Source: Candidatus Saccharimonadota bacterium (lineage in GTDB: Bacteria > Pseudomonadota > Gammaproteobacteria > Enterobacterales > Enterobacteriaceae). Taken from it: a stretch of DNA of 32,000 nt. The notes beneath the pieces are model-generated. The model saw nothing but the letters and a program-made list of their open reading frames with translations, did not search any database and was not told the origin of the DNA. The stretch spans positions 360,001 to 392,000 of the forward strand of contig CP188088.1 of NCBI GenBank assembly GCA_049942965.1, written 5' to 3'. Shown here in pieces: positions 1 to 10,419 of this stretch. The position numbers were made by a program, and so were the translations under genes. Numbering within the stretch: the stretch's first letter is position 1; the number at the start of each line of letters is the position of its first letter.

Positions 1-274
1 GTATTTATGTTTCAATTTCAAAAAAAATCTTCTTAATTATTGTAAAGACAAAAAGAACTAAAAACTAAAATTCTTATTATTTAATAATAAACAGATGTAT
101 TTTATATTTGATATAACATACAAAATACATCTTAACTTATTTTAAATATTAAGAAACTATACATAATATTTTTCATCATAAAAAAATCTTTTAATATGTT
201 ACTTAGTTAGTTATATTATACATATATTTTCCTAATTTAAACTTCGACAATTAACTTATCAATACAATAATTCT

Positions 275-2785
275 ATGAAAAACAATCTTGCTAAAGAAAT
301 AATACAAATTAATGTAGAAAAAGAACTCAAAAACTCCTATTTAGACTATGCTATGTCAGTAATAGTTGGAAGAGCACTTCCAGATGTTAGAGACGGTCTT
401 AAACCTGTTCACAGAAGAATACTATTTGCAATGTATATTTTAAATAACTTATGGAACAAACCTTATAAAAAATCAGCAAGAATTGTTGGTGATGTAATTG
501 GTAAATATCATCCACATGGTGATTCAGCTGTATACGATGCAATAATTCGAATGGCTCAACAATTCTCTTTAAGATATACACTTATCGATGGTCAAGGAAA
601 TTTTGGTTCCATAGACGGAGATGCAGCAGCAGCAATGCGATATACAGAAGTAAGAATGTCAAAAATAGCTCATGAATTATTATCTGATTTGGAAAAAAAA
701 ACAGTTGATTTTGTTCCAAATTACGATGGGTCAGAATTCATTCCTAAAATATTACCAACAAAAATACCTAATTTATTAATAAATGGATCTTCAGGAATTG
801 CAGTAGGGATGGCTACAAATATTCCACCACATAATATTGCTGAGGTAATAAATGGATGTGTAGCATATATTGATAATGAAAAAATGACTGTACAAGATCT
901 TATAAAATATATACCTGGTCCTGATTTTCCAACTTCAGGAATAATAATAGGACGATCAGGAATTGAAAAAGCCTATAAAACAGGAAAAGGAAAAATTAGC
1001 ATTAGAGCCAAACATAAAATAGAAACAAACATAAAATCTAGAAAAAAATCGATTATTATACATGAAATACCATATCAAGTTAATAAATCTCGATTAATAG
1101 AAAAAATTTCAGAATTAGTAAAAGAAAAAAAAATTGAAGGAATAAGTGCTTTAAGAGACGAATCAGATAAAGATGGAATGAGAATTGTAATAGAAATTAA
1201 AAAAGAAGCAATATCGGAAATTATTCTGAATCAACTATATTCTCTTAGTCAATTGCAAATTTCTTTTGGAATTAATATGGTTGCCTTATGTAACGGAAGA
1301 CCAAAAAGACTATCTTTATTGGAAATTATTCATTCTTTTATCTTACATAGAAAACAAACAGTAACTAGACGTAGCATGTTTGAACTTCAAAAATGTGAAG
1401 AAAAAATTCATATTTTAAATGGTTTAAGTATTGCTATAAAAAATATAAATTTAATCATTAAAATAATTCAATCTTCTAAAAACTCTTCAGAAGCAAAAGC
1501 AAAACTATTATCAAAAACATGGGACAATAATAAAATAGAAAATTTAATTTTAAATAAAAATGATACAAATTTAATTAAAGAAAAAAAAAGTAATTATTTT
1601 ACTGAAAAACAAGCACAATCAATTTTGGAACTACGTTTAAGCAAACTAACAAATTTAGAATATGAAAAAATCATCGACGACAAAAACAATTTACTAAAAA
1701 AAACAAAAAAACTAAAAAAAATTTTATATAATCATAAATATATGATGGAAGTCATACGAAATGAACTATTAGATATTAAAAAAGATTTTGGAGATCAAAG
1801 AAAAACAGACATTATAACTTCGAATCATTCTGAAATTAATTTAGAAGATATGATTAATCCAAAAGATGTTGTCATTACTTTGTCATATTCTGGTTATGTA
1901 AAATATCAACCAATATCTGACTACGAAGCACAAAAAAGAGGAGGTAGGGGAAAAACAGCAGCAAAAACTAAAAAAACCGACTTTATAAAAATATTATTAG
2001 TAACAAATACATTAGATACTATTTTATGTTTCTCTAACAAAGGAATTCTATATTGGATGAAAGTCTATCAATTACCTGAATCCAGCAGAAATGCTCGAGG
2101 ACGTCCAATAATTAATTTATTACCATTACAAACTAAAGAAAGAATTACAGCAATTTTACCTATAAAAAAATATCAAGACAATATTAATATTTTTATGGCA
2201 ACATCTCATGGTATTGTAAAAAAAACTGCTCTAAACGAATTTAATAGACCAAGAAATAAAGGAATCATAGCAATTAATTTAAAAAATAACGATGAGTTAA
2301 TTGGAATAGCTCTCACTAATGGAAAAGATAATATTATGCTATTTTCAGCTTCTGGAAAAACAGTTCAATTTTCTGAAACTTCAGTACGAAAAATGGGAAG
2401 AACTGCTTCTGGAGTTAAAGGAATGAAAATGAACAAAAATGATAGAGTTGTTTCTTTAATTGTTCCAAAAAAATTACATAGTATTCTTATTGTTACAGAT
2501 AAAGGATATGGAAAAAGAACAAAAATAACTGATTTTCCTATTAAATCTAGAGCTACAAAAGGAATGATAGCAATGAAACAAACAAAAAAAAATGGAATCG
2601 TAATTGCTGCTATTCAAGTAATAGACCAAGATCAAATAATAATCATTACAAATTCTGGTAAATTAGTAAGAACTAGAGTCTCTGAACTAAGAATACTTGG
2701 AAGAAACACACAAGGAGTTATTCTTATCAGAACATCACAAAAAGAAAAACTAGTAGCAATACAAAGAATAAAGAAAATATTTTAA
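275..2785 (+). CDS. gyrA: DNA gyrase subunit A
   Basis: 836-aa ORF colinear with E. coli GyrA. Conserved blocks: [27 protein letters not shown]; [17 protein letters not shown] (wild-type Ser83/Asp87 equivalents); catalytic Tyr context AAAMRYTE; GyrA-box QKRGGRGK. Ends at ...[10 protein letters not shown] with no acidic tail. Confidence 0.97.
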   Translation: MKNNLAKEIIQINVEKELKNSYLDYAMSVIVGRALPDVRDGLKPVHRRILFAMYILNNLWNKPYKKSARIVGDVIGKYHPHGDSAVYDAIIRMAQQFSLRYTLIDGQGNFGSIDGDAAAAMRYTEVRMSKIAHELLSDLEKKTVDFVPNYDGSEFIPKILPTKIPNLLINGSSGIAVGMATNIPPHNIAEVINGCVAYIDNEKMTVQDLIKYIPGPDFPTSGIIIGRSGIEKAYKTGKGKISIRAKHKIETNIKSRKKSIIIHEIPYQVNKSRLIEKISELVKEKKIEGISALRDESDKDGMRIVIEIKKEAISEIILNQLYSLSQLQISFGINMVALCNGRPKRLSLLEIIHSFILHRKQTVTRRSMFELQKCEEKIHILNGLSIAIKNINLIIKIIQSSKNSSEAKAKLLSKTWDNNKIENLILNKNDTNLIKEKKSNYFTEKQAQSILELRLSKLTNLEYEKIIDDKNNLLKKTKKLKKILYNHKYMMEVIRNELLDIKKDFGDQRKTDIITSNHSEINLEDMINPKDVVITLSYSGYVKYQPISDYEAQKRGGRGKTAAKTKKTDFIKILLVTNTLDTILCFSNKGILYWMKVYQLPESSRNARGRPIINLLPLQTKERITAILPIKKYQDNINIFMATSHGIVKKTALNEFNRPRNKGIIAINLKNNDELIGIALTNGKDNIMLFSASGKTVQFSETSVRKMGRTASGVKGMKMNKNDRVVSLIVPKKLHSILIVTDKGYGKRTKITDFPIKSRATKGMIAMKQTKKNGIVIAAIQVIDQDQIIIITNSGKLVRTRVSELRILGRNTQGVILIRTSQKEKLVAIQRIKKIF

Positions 2786-2870
2786 AAAAAAATATAAATT
2801 ATTTTAAAAACTCATTAAATTTTATTTGCATTATATGCATATATCAGAAATATTCATTTGGAATAAAATA

Positions 2871-5177
2871 ATGTTTAAAAAAAAAATATTTGTTGTAAAA
2901 AGAAATAAAAAAAAAGAACCTATAAATCTAGATAAAATACACAAAGTTTTACAATGGGCATCAAAAGGTTTAAAAAATGTTTCTATCTCGCAAGTAGAAC
3001 TAAAATCAAGAATTCAATTCTATAATGGAATTAGCACAATAAATATACACGAAACTATTATAAAAGCGGCAGCTGATTTAATTTCTCAAAATTCTCCTGA
3101 TTATCAATACATGGCTGCAAGACTATCTATTTTTCATCTAAGAAAAAAAGCATACAATCAATTTATCCCTCCAACATTATATACACACGTAAAAAAAATG
3201 GTAAATTTAAAAAAATATGACAAAAATTTATTAGAATACTACTCTAAAAAAGAGTTTAATTTAATGAATTCATTCATAGATCACTGGAGAGATATGAATT
3301 TTTCGTATGCAGGAGTGAAACAACTAGAAGGAAAATATCTAGTTCAAAACAAAAACACAGGTGAAATCTATGAAACCGCTCAATTTCTTTATATATTAAT
3401 ATCTGCTTGTTTATTTTACAAATATCCAAAAAATAAAAGAATGAAATTTATCAAAAAATTTTATGATGCTATTTCAACTTTTAAAATTTCATTACCAACT
3501 CCAATTATGTCAGGAGTTAGAACTCCAACAAAACAGTTTAGTTCTTGTGTATTAATAGAATGTGCTGATAATTTAAATTCAATTAATGCTACAACTAGTT
3601 CTATAATAAAATATGTATCTCAACGAGCAGGAATAGGAATAAATGCCGGACAAATAAGAGCACTGGGTTCTCCAATAAGAAACGGAGAAGCATTTCATAC
3701 TGGATGTATTCCGTTTTATAAATTGTTTCAAAGCGCAGTAAAATCATGTTCCCAAGGTGGAGTAAGAGGAGGAGCAGCAACAATTTTTTATCCTATTTGG
3801 CATCTTGAAATAGAAAATTTACTAGTATTAAAAAATAATAGAGGAGTTGAAAGTAATAGGGTTAGACATGTAGACTATGCTGTTCAAATAAATAAATTTA
3901 TGTACCAAAGACTAATAAAAGGAGAAAAAATAACTTTATTTAGTCCTTCTGATACAAATAAGCTATATGATTATTTTTTTTCCGATCAAGAGAAATTTGA
4001 AAAATTATATATAAAATATGAAAATCAAAACGAAATTAGAAAAAAAACAATAAAATCTCTAGAACTCTTTTCTTTATTAATGAAAGAGAGAACTTCAACA
4101 GGCAGAATATATATTCAAAATGTTGATCACTGTAATACTCATAGTGCATTTAATCCAAAATATGCACCAATAAGACAATCTAACTTATGTTTAGAAATTA
4201 CACTGCCAACCACTTCACTAAATGATATTAATGACAAAAACGGAGAAATAGCACTATGCACATTATCAGCTATAAACTTGGGAGCTATCAATCATATGAA
4301 AGAAATAAAAAGTCTATCAGAACTACTAGTCCGAGCATTAGATTCAATTTTAGATTATCAAAATTATCCAATATCAGCTGCAAAAAAATCTTCAACTAAA
4401 AGAAGATCCTTAGGAATAGGAGTAATTAACTTTGCATATTATTTAGCAAAAAATAATGTTAAATATTCTGACGGAAGTGCAAAAAAAATAACCCATAACA
4501 CTTTTGAATATTTGCAATACTATTTATTAACTGCTTCAAACAAATTAGCTAAAGAATTCGGATCATGTGAATTTTTTTATCAAACTAATTATTATAAAGG
4601 AATATTACCAATAGATACTTATAAAAAAGAAATTGACGAAATATGTAATGAACCCCTACAATTAGATTGGAACAAATTAAGAAAAAAAATAAAACAATAT
4701 GGATTAAGAAATTCTACACTAACAGCAATTATGCCATCAGAAACATCGTCACAAATTTCTAATTCAACAAATGGAATTGAACCACCTAGAGGATTTGTTA
4801 GTATAAAATCTTCTAAAGATGGAATTTTAAAACAAATAGTTCCAGACTATATGAATTTAAAATCAAAATATGAATTACTTTGGAATATTCCAAATAATAT
4901 TGGCTATTTACATCTTGTTGGAATAATGCAAAAATTCGTTGATCAATCTATATCTGCAAATACAAATTATGATCCAAAAAAATTTAAAAACAACAAAATT
5001 CCAATGACACAATTAATAAAAGATTTATTAACAGCCTACAAGTTAGGAATAAAAACTCTCTATTATCAAAATACTAGAGATGGATCAAATGAATTTTATA
5101 AATTCAATCATAAAAAAAATAATTTTTCTTATTCTGAAGAAGAAAATAGCTGTTCTAGTGGATCTTGTCATATTTAA
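2871..5177 (+). CDS. nrdA: Ribonucleoside-diphosphate reductase class Ia, alpha subunit
   Basis: The track ORF opens at TTG 2826, but alignment to E. coli NrdA begins at ATG 2871 (MFKKKIFVVKRNKKKEPINLDKIH vs MNQNLLVTKRDGSTERINLDKIH). Conserved FSSCVLIEC, SNLCLEI, MPSETSSQISN and the C-terminal redox tail CSSGSCHI. 768 aa vs 761 in E. coli. Confidence 0.96.
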   Translation: MFKKKIFVVKRNKKKEPINLDKIHKVLQWASKGLKNVSISQVELKSRIQFYNGISTINIHETIIKAAADLISQNSPDYQYMAARLSIFHLRKKAYNQFIPPTLYTHVKKMVNLKKYDKNLLEYYSKKEFNLMNSFIDHWRDMNFSYAGVKQLEGKYLVQNKNTGEIYETAQFLYILISACLFYKYPKNKRMKFIKKFYDAISTFKISLPTPIMSGVRTPTKQFSSCVLIECADNLNSINATTSSIIKYVSQRAGIGINAGQIRALGSPIRNGEAFHTGCIPFYKLFQSAVKSCSQGGVRGGAATIFYPIWHLEIENLLVLKNNRGVESNRVRHVDYAVQINKFMYQRLIKGEKITLFSPSDTNKLYDYFFSDQEKFEKLYIKYENQNEIRKKTIKSLELFSLLMKERTSTGRIYIQNVDHCNTHSAFNPKYAPIRQSNLCLEITLPTTSLNDINDKNGEIALCTLSAINLGAINHMKEIKSLSELLVRALDSILDYQNYPISAAKKSSTKRRSLGIGVINFAYYLAKNNVKYSDGSAKKITHNTFEYLQYYLLTASNKLAKEFGSCEFFYQTNYYKGILPIDTYKKEIDEICNEPLQLDWNKLRKKIKQYGLRNSTLTAIMPSETSSQISNSTNGIEPPRGFVSIKSSKDGILKQIVPDYMNLKSKYELLWNIPNNIGYLHLVGIMQKFVDQSISANTNYDPKKFKNNKIPMTQLIKDLLTAYKLGIKTLYYQNTRDGSNEFYKFNHKKNNFSYSEEENSCSSGSCHI

Positions 5178-5229
5178 ACATGAAAATTAAAAAAACAAAT
5201 AAAAAAATCAATTATTGGGAACTTAATAA

Positions 5230-6363
5230 ATGAATTATAGTACCTTTTCAAAGAACAAAAATAATCAACTACAAGAACCAATGTTTTTTGGACAAAATGT
5301 AAATATATCTAGATATGATCAGCAAAAATATTCTATTTTTGAAAAACTAATTGAAAAACAACTTTCTTTTTTTTGGAGACCAGAAGAAATTGATTTAACA
5401 CAAGATAGAATTGATTTTAAAAAATTACCTGCTCATGAAAAACATATATTCTTAAGTAACTTAAAATATCAAACTTTACTAGATTCTATTCAAGGTAGAA
5501 GCCCAAATATAGCTTTTTTACCAATTATTTCTATACCAGAATTAGAAACATGGGTAGAAACTTGGTCTTTTTCAGAAACAATTCATTCTAGATCTTACAC
5601 ACATATAATAAGAAATATTATTAATGAACCATCATTAATATTTGATGATATTGTCAATAATAAATTTATTATTACCAGAGCACAAGATATTGCAAACTAC
5701 TATGATAGTTTAATAAAATCAATACAGTATTGGTACATTTTTGGACCAGGAAATCATGAAATTAATAAAAAAAACATAGATGTGAATTTAAATGACATAA
5801 AAAAAAAATTATATTTGTCTTTAATTAGTGTTAATGCATTAGAAGCAATACGTTTCTATGTCAGTTTTGCTTGCTCATTTGCATTCGCTGAAAGAGAAAT
5901 TATGGAAGGAAATGCAAAAATAATTAGATTAATTGCAAGAGATGAAGCATTGCACTTGACCAGTACTCAACATATAATTAATATTCTTCAAAATCCCAAA
6001 AATAACGAAAATATGTCACATATAGCTAAAGAATTAAAAAATGAAGCTAATTTATTGTTTCTAAAAGTAGCTGAACAAGAAAAACAATGGGCTAAGTATC
6101 TATTTCAAAATGGATCAATGTTAGGATTAAATAAAGATATTTTATTTCAATATATTGAATACATTACAAATACACGAATGGAAGCAATAAATTTATCTTC
6201 TCCATTTAAAAACACTTCTAATCCAATTCCATGGATCAATTCTTGGTTATCTTCAGATAATTTACAAGAAGCACCACAAGAAACAGAAATTAGTTCTTAT
6301 TTAATAGGACAAATTGATTCTTCTATGAATTTAAAAAAAGATTTTAAAAAATTTGAATTATAA
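5230..6363 (+). CDS. nrdB: Ribonucleoside-diphosphate reductase class Ia, beta subunit
   Basis: 377 aa vs 376 in E. coli, colinear throughout. Conserved [19 protein letters not shown], tyrosyl-radical context [19 protein letters not shown], and ARDEALH. Confidence 0.97.
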   Translation: MNYSTFSKNKNNQLQEPMFFGQNVNISRYDQQKYSIFEKLIEKQLSFFWRPEEIDLTQDRIDFKKLPAHEKHIFLSNLKYQTLLDSIQGRSPNIAFLPIISIPELETWVETWSFSETIHSRSYTHIIRNIINEPSLIFDDIVNNKFIITRAQDIANYYDSLIKSIQYWYIFGPGNHEINKKNIDVNLNDIKKKLYLSLISVNALEAIRFYVSFACSFAFAEREIMEGNAKIIRLIARDEALHLTSTQHIINILQNPKNNENMSHIAKELKNEANLLFLKVAEQEKQWAKYLFQNGSMLGLNKDILFQYIEYITNTRMEAINLSSPFKNTSNPIPWINSWLSSDNLQEAPQETEISSYLIGQIDSSMNLKKDFKKFEL

Positions 6364-6367
6364 AAAA

Positions 6368-6637
6368 ATGAAAAAAATAACTATAAAAATAAAAACTCAA
6401 AACAAAACAGAAATTGTTTTTAGCTCAAAAAAAAAAATATTATTAAAAATATTAGAAAAAAATAATATACTAATTCAATATAATTGTAGAAATGGATTTT
6501 GCGGATGTTGTAAAATAAAATTAATTTCTGGAAAAATTACATATTGTAAAAATAAACAACCAATTGCCTACTGTAATTTTCAAGAAATTTTACCATGTTC
6601 TTGTTTTGTAGTAGAAGACATCACAATTAAAATTTAA
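6368..6637 (+). CDS. yfaE: 2Fe-2S ferredoxin YfaE (NrdB diferric-tyrosyl cofactor maintenance)
   Basis: 89 aa directly downstream of nrdB, as in the E. coli nrdAB-yfaE arrangement. Cys ligand pattern CRNGFCGCCK ... ILPCSC matches E. coli CREGYCGSCR ... ILPCCC. ATG 6368 is preferred over the track start TTG 6353, which overlaps the nrdB 3' end. Confidence 0.85.
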   Translation: MKKITIKIKTQNKTEIVFSSKKKILLKILEKNNILIQYNCRNGFCGCCKIKLISGKITYCKNKQPIAYCNFQEILPCSCFVVEDITIKI

Positions 6638-6688
6638 AATCATGTTTTAATAATATTAAAAAATACTTATTTACACATTTTTTTAAAT

Positions 6689-8899
6689 CTATTTTTTAAA
6701 TTTAGATTGTATTGCAGTTACAGTAATTGTATAAATAATGTCCTCTACTGAAGCTCCTCTTGATAGATCATTAATTGGCTTTTTCATACCTTGTAATATA
6801 GGACCAATGCTAGAAATATTTGCTGAACGTTGTACTGCTTTATATGTAGTATTTCCAGTGTTTAAATCAGGAAAAATTAAAATATTTGCTTTTCCAGCAA
6901 CTAAAGAATTTGGAGATTTAATTTTAGCTGTTTTTAAATCTATAGCAGCATCGTATTGTATTGGACCATCTATGATAATATCAGGTCTTTTTAATCTAAC
7001 TAAATTTGTAGCTTTTCTAACAACATCAACTTTTTTCCCAGAAGCAGAATCACCTGTAGAGTAAGAAATCATAGCTATTCTAGGATCAATATTAAATTGA
7101 GAAGCTGATTCTGCAGACTGAATTGCAATTTCAGACAATTGATATTCATCCGGATCTATATTTATAGCACAATCAGAATATATTAATACTCTATCATAAA
7201 ATAACATAAAAAAATAAGATGAAACAAAGTTATATCCTTGAGACATTTTTATTAGTTGTAATCCAGGTCTAATAGTGTTTGCTGTAGTAGTTGTTGATCC
7301 ACCAACTAAACCATCTACTGTACCCTCTTCTAACATTAATGTTGCTAATGTAATATTATTATCGTCGTGTTGTAAACAATGACTAGCTTCTATTTTATTC
7401 ATTCCTTTATATTTTCGTATTCTAACTAAATTTTCAATGTACCTATCTCTAATTGAGATTGGATTAATAATTTTAATTTTTCTGTCAAATTTAATATTAT
7501 TGTCTAGACACAAAGATTTTATTTTTTTTTCATCTCCTAATAAAATACATTCAGCTATTTTATTTTTACTGCAAAAATTTACAGCCTTAATAATTCTTAA
7601 CTCGTTTCCTTCAGGAAAAATAATACGACTTAAATTAGAAAATGAAGTAGCTATTTTTTTTAATTTTGTTTTAAAAATCATTCCAGATTCTAAAAAAAAA
7701 CGTTCCTTTTTAATTTTAGTGAGTTTTTTTAATAATTTATTCCATCTATCAATACAAATATGATTAGAAATAAATTTCTGAAGAAATTTAATATCATTAT
7801 TAGATTTATTTAAAATAGAAAAAAAACTATTTTCTAATTGTTTTATTACCTTAAAAATATTTTTAGAAGAATATACTATTGGTAAATCCTTTCTATTTAA
7901 TTTTTTATGAAAAGTTCTAGCGCATTCTATTTTTGAATCCACTAAATCTGCAAAAAATAAAACACTCATTTCTTTTTGTATCTTATTATTTTCTAATAAC
8001 GTGTTTACTAGAAATTCATTTGAAAAAGAAACAACTATAATAGAACCAATATAACTTTTTTTAAAAATATTCTCATGTACAAAATTCAATATAAAAAAAT
8101 CTCTTACTATACAATTATTTAAATTACCTTTATTTAAAATTTTTATTTTTAAAAAATTAAAAAATATATTAGCAGAAAAAGTTACTAACTTTTTACTTTT
8201 AGGTATAGATGCAAGTAATGGAATTAGTTCTTTTTTATTATTAAAAGATTTTTTTTTACAGTAAATGACAGGTTTTTTATTTGTAGAAATTATACTATTA
8301 GATAAAAAAAATTTTTCATTTCTCAAAAAAAAATAAGAACTATTGTCTAAAACAGATTGTAATTTGTTAACAATAATTCCTAAAAAAAACAAATTATATT
8401 TTTTTAAATATGTTTTTATAAAAAAATTTATTTTTTGATTGCAACAAATTTCCGTTGTATCTGTTTTTGACACAAAAATTATATTTGCATTTAAAATTGT
8501 TGAAATTTCAAAATTAACTTGATGAATTATATTTTCATAATCTTGAACTAACTTTAACCCCTCTACTAAAACTATGTTAGATTCTGTTTCAGAACTATAA
8601 AAATTGGATAAATTTTTCAAAATTTTATCATAAATTATTGAAAATCTATTTTTACTAAAAATATCATGTATACTAATTTTTTTTAAAATTGGAATACATT
8701 TAATTAAGTTATTAAGACCAATAATTTTTAATGTTTTATCTAAATTATTTATATTAAAAACTTGATTAGAAATTGGTTGAAAAAAATATTTTTTTTTACA
8801 GTTTTCCTTACTTTCTAAAAAATCAATAAATCCTAAAATAGTTGTGCTTAAATCAACAGATTCATCTAATGGTAAAAAAATAATAATAGTTTTTGACAA
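6689..8899 (-). CDS. pta: Phosphate acetyltransferase (full-length enterobacterial type with N-terminal regulatory domains)
   Basis: 736 aa vs 714 in E. coli. The C-terminal PTA domain is highly conserved (GSTTTTANTIRPGLQLIK, FPDLNTGNTTYKAVQRSA, KPINDLSRGA). The N-terminus MSKTIIIFLP aligns with E. coli MSRIIMLIP. The start codon at 8899 is TTG (plus-strand caa at 8897-8899). Confidence 0.95.
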   Translation of the reverse strand: MSKTIIIFLPLDESVDLSTTILGFIDFLESKENCKKKYFFQPISNQVFNINNLDKTLKIIGLNNLIKCIPILKKISIHDIFSKNRFSIIYDKILKNLSNFYSSETESNIVLVEGLKLVQDYENIIHQVNFEISTILNANIIFVSKTDTTEICCNQKINFFIKTYLKKYNLFFLGIIVNKLQSVLDNSSYFFLRNEKFFLSNSIISTNKKPVIYCKKKSFNNKKELIPLLASIPKSKKLVTFSANIFFNFLKIKILNKGNLNNCIVRDFFILNFVHENIFKKSYIGSIIVVSFSNEFLVNTLLENNKIQKEMSVLFFADLVDSKIECARTFHKKLNRKDLPIVYSSKNIFKVIKQLENSFFSILNKSNNDIKFLQKFISNHICIDRWNKLLKKLTKIKKERFFLESGMIFKTKLKKIATSFSNLSRIIFPEGNELRIIKAVNFCSKNKIAECILLGDEKKIKSLCLDNNIKFDRKIKIINPISIRDRYIENLVRIRKYKGMNKIEASHCLQHDDNNITLATLMLEEGTVDGLVGGSTTTTANTIRPGLQLIKMSQGYNFVSSYFFMLFYDRVLIYSDCAINIDPDEYQLSEIAIQSAESASQFNIDPRIAMISYSTGDSASGKKVDVVRKATNLVRLKRPDIIIDGPIQYDAAIDLKTAKIKSPNSLVAGKANILIFPDLNTGNTTYKAVQRSANISSIGPILQGMKKPINDLSRGASVEDIIYTITVTAIQSKFKK

Positions 8900-8991
8900 A
8901 ACAAATCTCTCTTTTTAAATTAAACAAAAATTTACAAATATTTACATATATATTGATCATTCGATTCTATTTAAAACTAATATTAAAAATA

Positions 8992-10224
8992 TTATTTATT
9001 AAAAATCACATTAAACGATTCTTCTGCAATGGCGAATTCTTCATTAGTTGGTATGATTAATATTGGAATTCCAGAATTTTTGCTAATATTAACTATATTA
9101 TTATTATTCTTTAAATTTAAAGAATAATTATTTTTTTCATGATCAATAAAAATGTTACCAAACCAAGATAAGTTCTTTAAACTTTTTTTTCTTACTAAAG
9201 AAGAATTTTCTCCAATACCTCCAGTAAAAATAATTACATCTAATTTACCATTCATTAAAGAAAAATAAGAAGAAATATATTTCCTTAACCTGACACAAAA
9301 AATATCAATCGCTAACTTTGCTTTTTTATCTGTATGATAATTCAATTCTAAATCTCTAAAATCACTAGTCTTCTGACTTAGACCTAATAAACCTGATTTA
9401 TTAATTAATACATCATTAATTTCTTTAATTGTATTATTTAATTTTTTATACATAAAAAAAATAATTGAAGGATCAATATCTCCTGATCTAGTTCCCATTA
9501 CTAATCCTTCTAAAGGTGTTAATCCCATGGAGGTATCAATACAAATTCCATTCCTAATAGCTGCAACAGAAGAACCATTTCCCAAATGACAAGAAATAAT
9601 GTTCATATCACGAAAAGGTTTTTTTAAAAAAATAGATGCTTGCATACAAACGTACTTATGACTAGTACCATGTGCTCCATACCTCCTAATTCCATAATCA
9701 TGGTATAAATTATGTGGAATAGCATATAAATAAGATATCTTTGGCATTGAATAAAAAAAAGAAGTATCAAAAACAGCAACGTTTCTTTCAAATAATTTTG
9801 GAAAATTTTTCAAAGAAAAATTAATTCCTAATAAATTTACTGGATTATGTAAAGGAGAAAATATAGACGCTTCATTTATATGATGAACAATTTTCTGATT
9901 AATAACAACAGTTTTTTTTATATAACGACCACCATGCACAACTCGATGACCAATAATTCCAACTTTTTTAAATAATTTTTTATTTTTTAGCAATATTTCA
10001 TGTTTTATTATATTTAATATTTCATTATGATCTATTTTTTCATTAAAATTTTTAATTTTTTTATTAGAATTATTAAATGTTGACCAAATCAATCTTGTAT
10101 TTTTTAAATACAATCGTTCTGCTATTCCAGATAAATAAACCTTTTTTTCTACCGGATGTATTATTGAAAATTTTAATGAAGAACTTCCACAATTTAAAAC
10201 TAAAACTAATTTATCGTATTTCAT
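8992..10224 (-). CDS. ackA: Acetate kinase
   Basis: 410 aa vs 400 in E. coli. Conserved LVLNCGSSSLKF, RRYGAHGTSH, TSMGLTPLEGLVMGTRSGDIDP, FTGGIGEN, IPTNEE. Lies upstream of pta on the same strand, as in the ackA-pta operon. Confidence 0.97.
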   Translation of the reverse strand: MKYDKLVLVLNCGSSSLKFSIIHPVEKKVYLSGIAERLYLKNTRLIWSTFNNSNKKIKNFNEKIDHNEILNIIKHEILLKNKKLFKKVGIIGHRVVHGGRYIKKTVVINQKIVHHINEASIFSPLHNPVNLLGINFSLKNFPKLFERNVAVFDTSFFYSMPKISYLYAIPHNLYHDYGIRRYGAHGTSHKYVCMQASIFLKKPFRDMNIISCHLGNGSSVAAIRNGICIDTSMGLTPLEGLVMGTRSGDIDPSIIFFMYKKLNNTIKEINDVLINKSGLLGLSQKTSDFRDLELNYHTDKKAKLAIDIFCVRLRKYISSYFSLMNGKLDVIIFTGGIGENSSLVRKKSLKNLSWFGNIFIDHEKNNYSLNLKNNNNIVNISKNSGIPILIIPTNEEFAIAEESFNVIFNK

Positions 10225-10419
10225 TTTTATTTAAAAAAATATAATAAAATAATTTAAAAAATCATATCATATTTTAAAAAAAAATCTACTAGTATGTTAA
10301 TACTTTTTATATTAATAAAAAAATATAATTATTTTAAAAAATTTTATTTTCTTTTTTAAGAAATGATTAAAATTCCTTTATTTGTTTAAATAAAAATTTT
10401 TTTTAAAAATATAATTAAA

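Noticed and set aside
93-132. Perfect 11-bp inverted repeat AGATGTATTTT / AAAATACATCT with an 18-nt loop, upstream of gyrA.
   Set aside because: The repeat is real, but my rough estimate gives a chance expectation near 0.5 for an 11-bp AT-rich arm with a flexible loop in this spacer. No T-tract follows on either strand. It could be a terminator for an upstream gene outside the window, but this cannot be supported.
2827-2839. Palindrome TGCATTATATGCA 32 nt upstream of the nrdA ATG, considered as an NrdR box or other operator.
   Set aside because: The NrdR box is a 16-bp even palindrome (roughly acaCwAtATaTwGtgt). This element has 5-bp arms around an odd 3-nt centre and fails the consensus at several core positions. 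It also overlaps a likely -10-like TATAT region. A 5-bp inverted repeat is expected by chance.
6738-7763. Two 108-aa plus-strand ORFs (6738-7064 and 7437-7763) and the other 60-83-aa track ORFs (399-581, 3601-3783, 12150-12338, 13155-13370, 16020-16271, 20706-20915, 21396-21608, 21783-21992, 23033-23257, 24618-24806, 25543-25753, 28215-28436).
   Set aside because: All are fully nested in, and mostly antisense to, confidently identified conserved genes. Their translations are low-complexity and none has its own intergenic space or recognisable homology.
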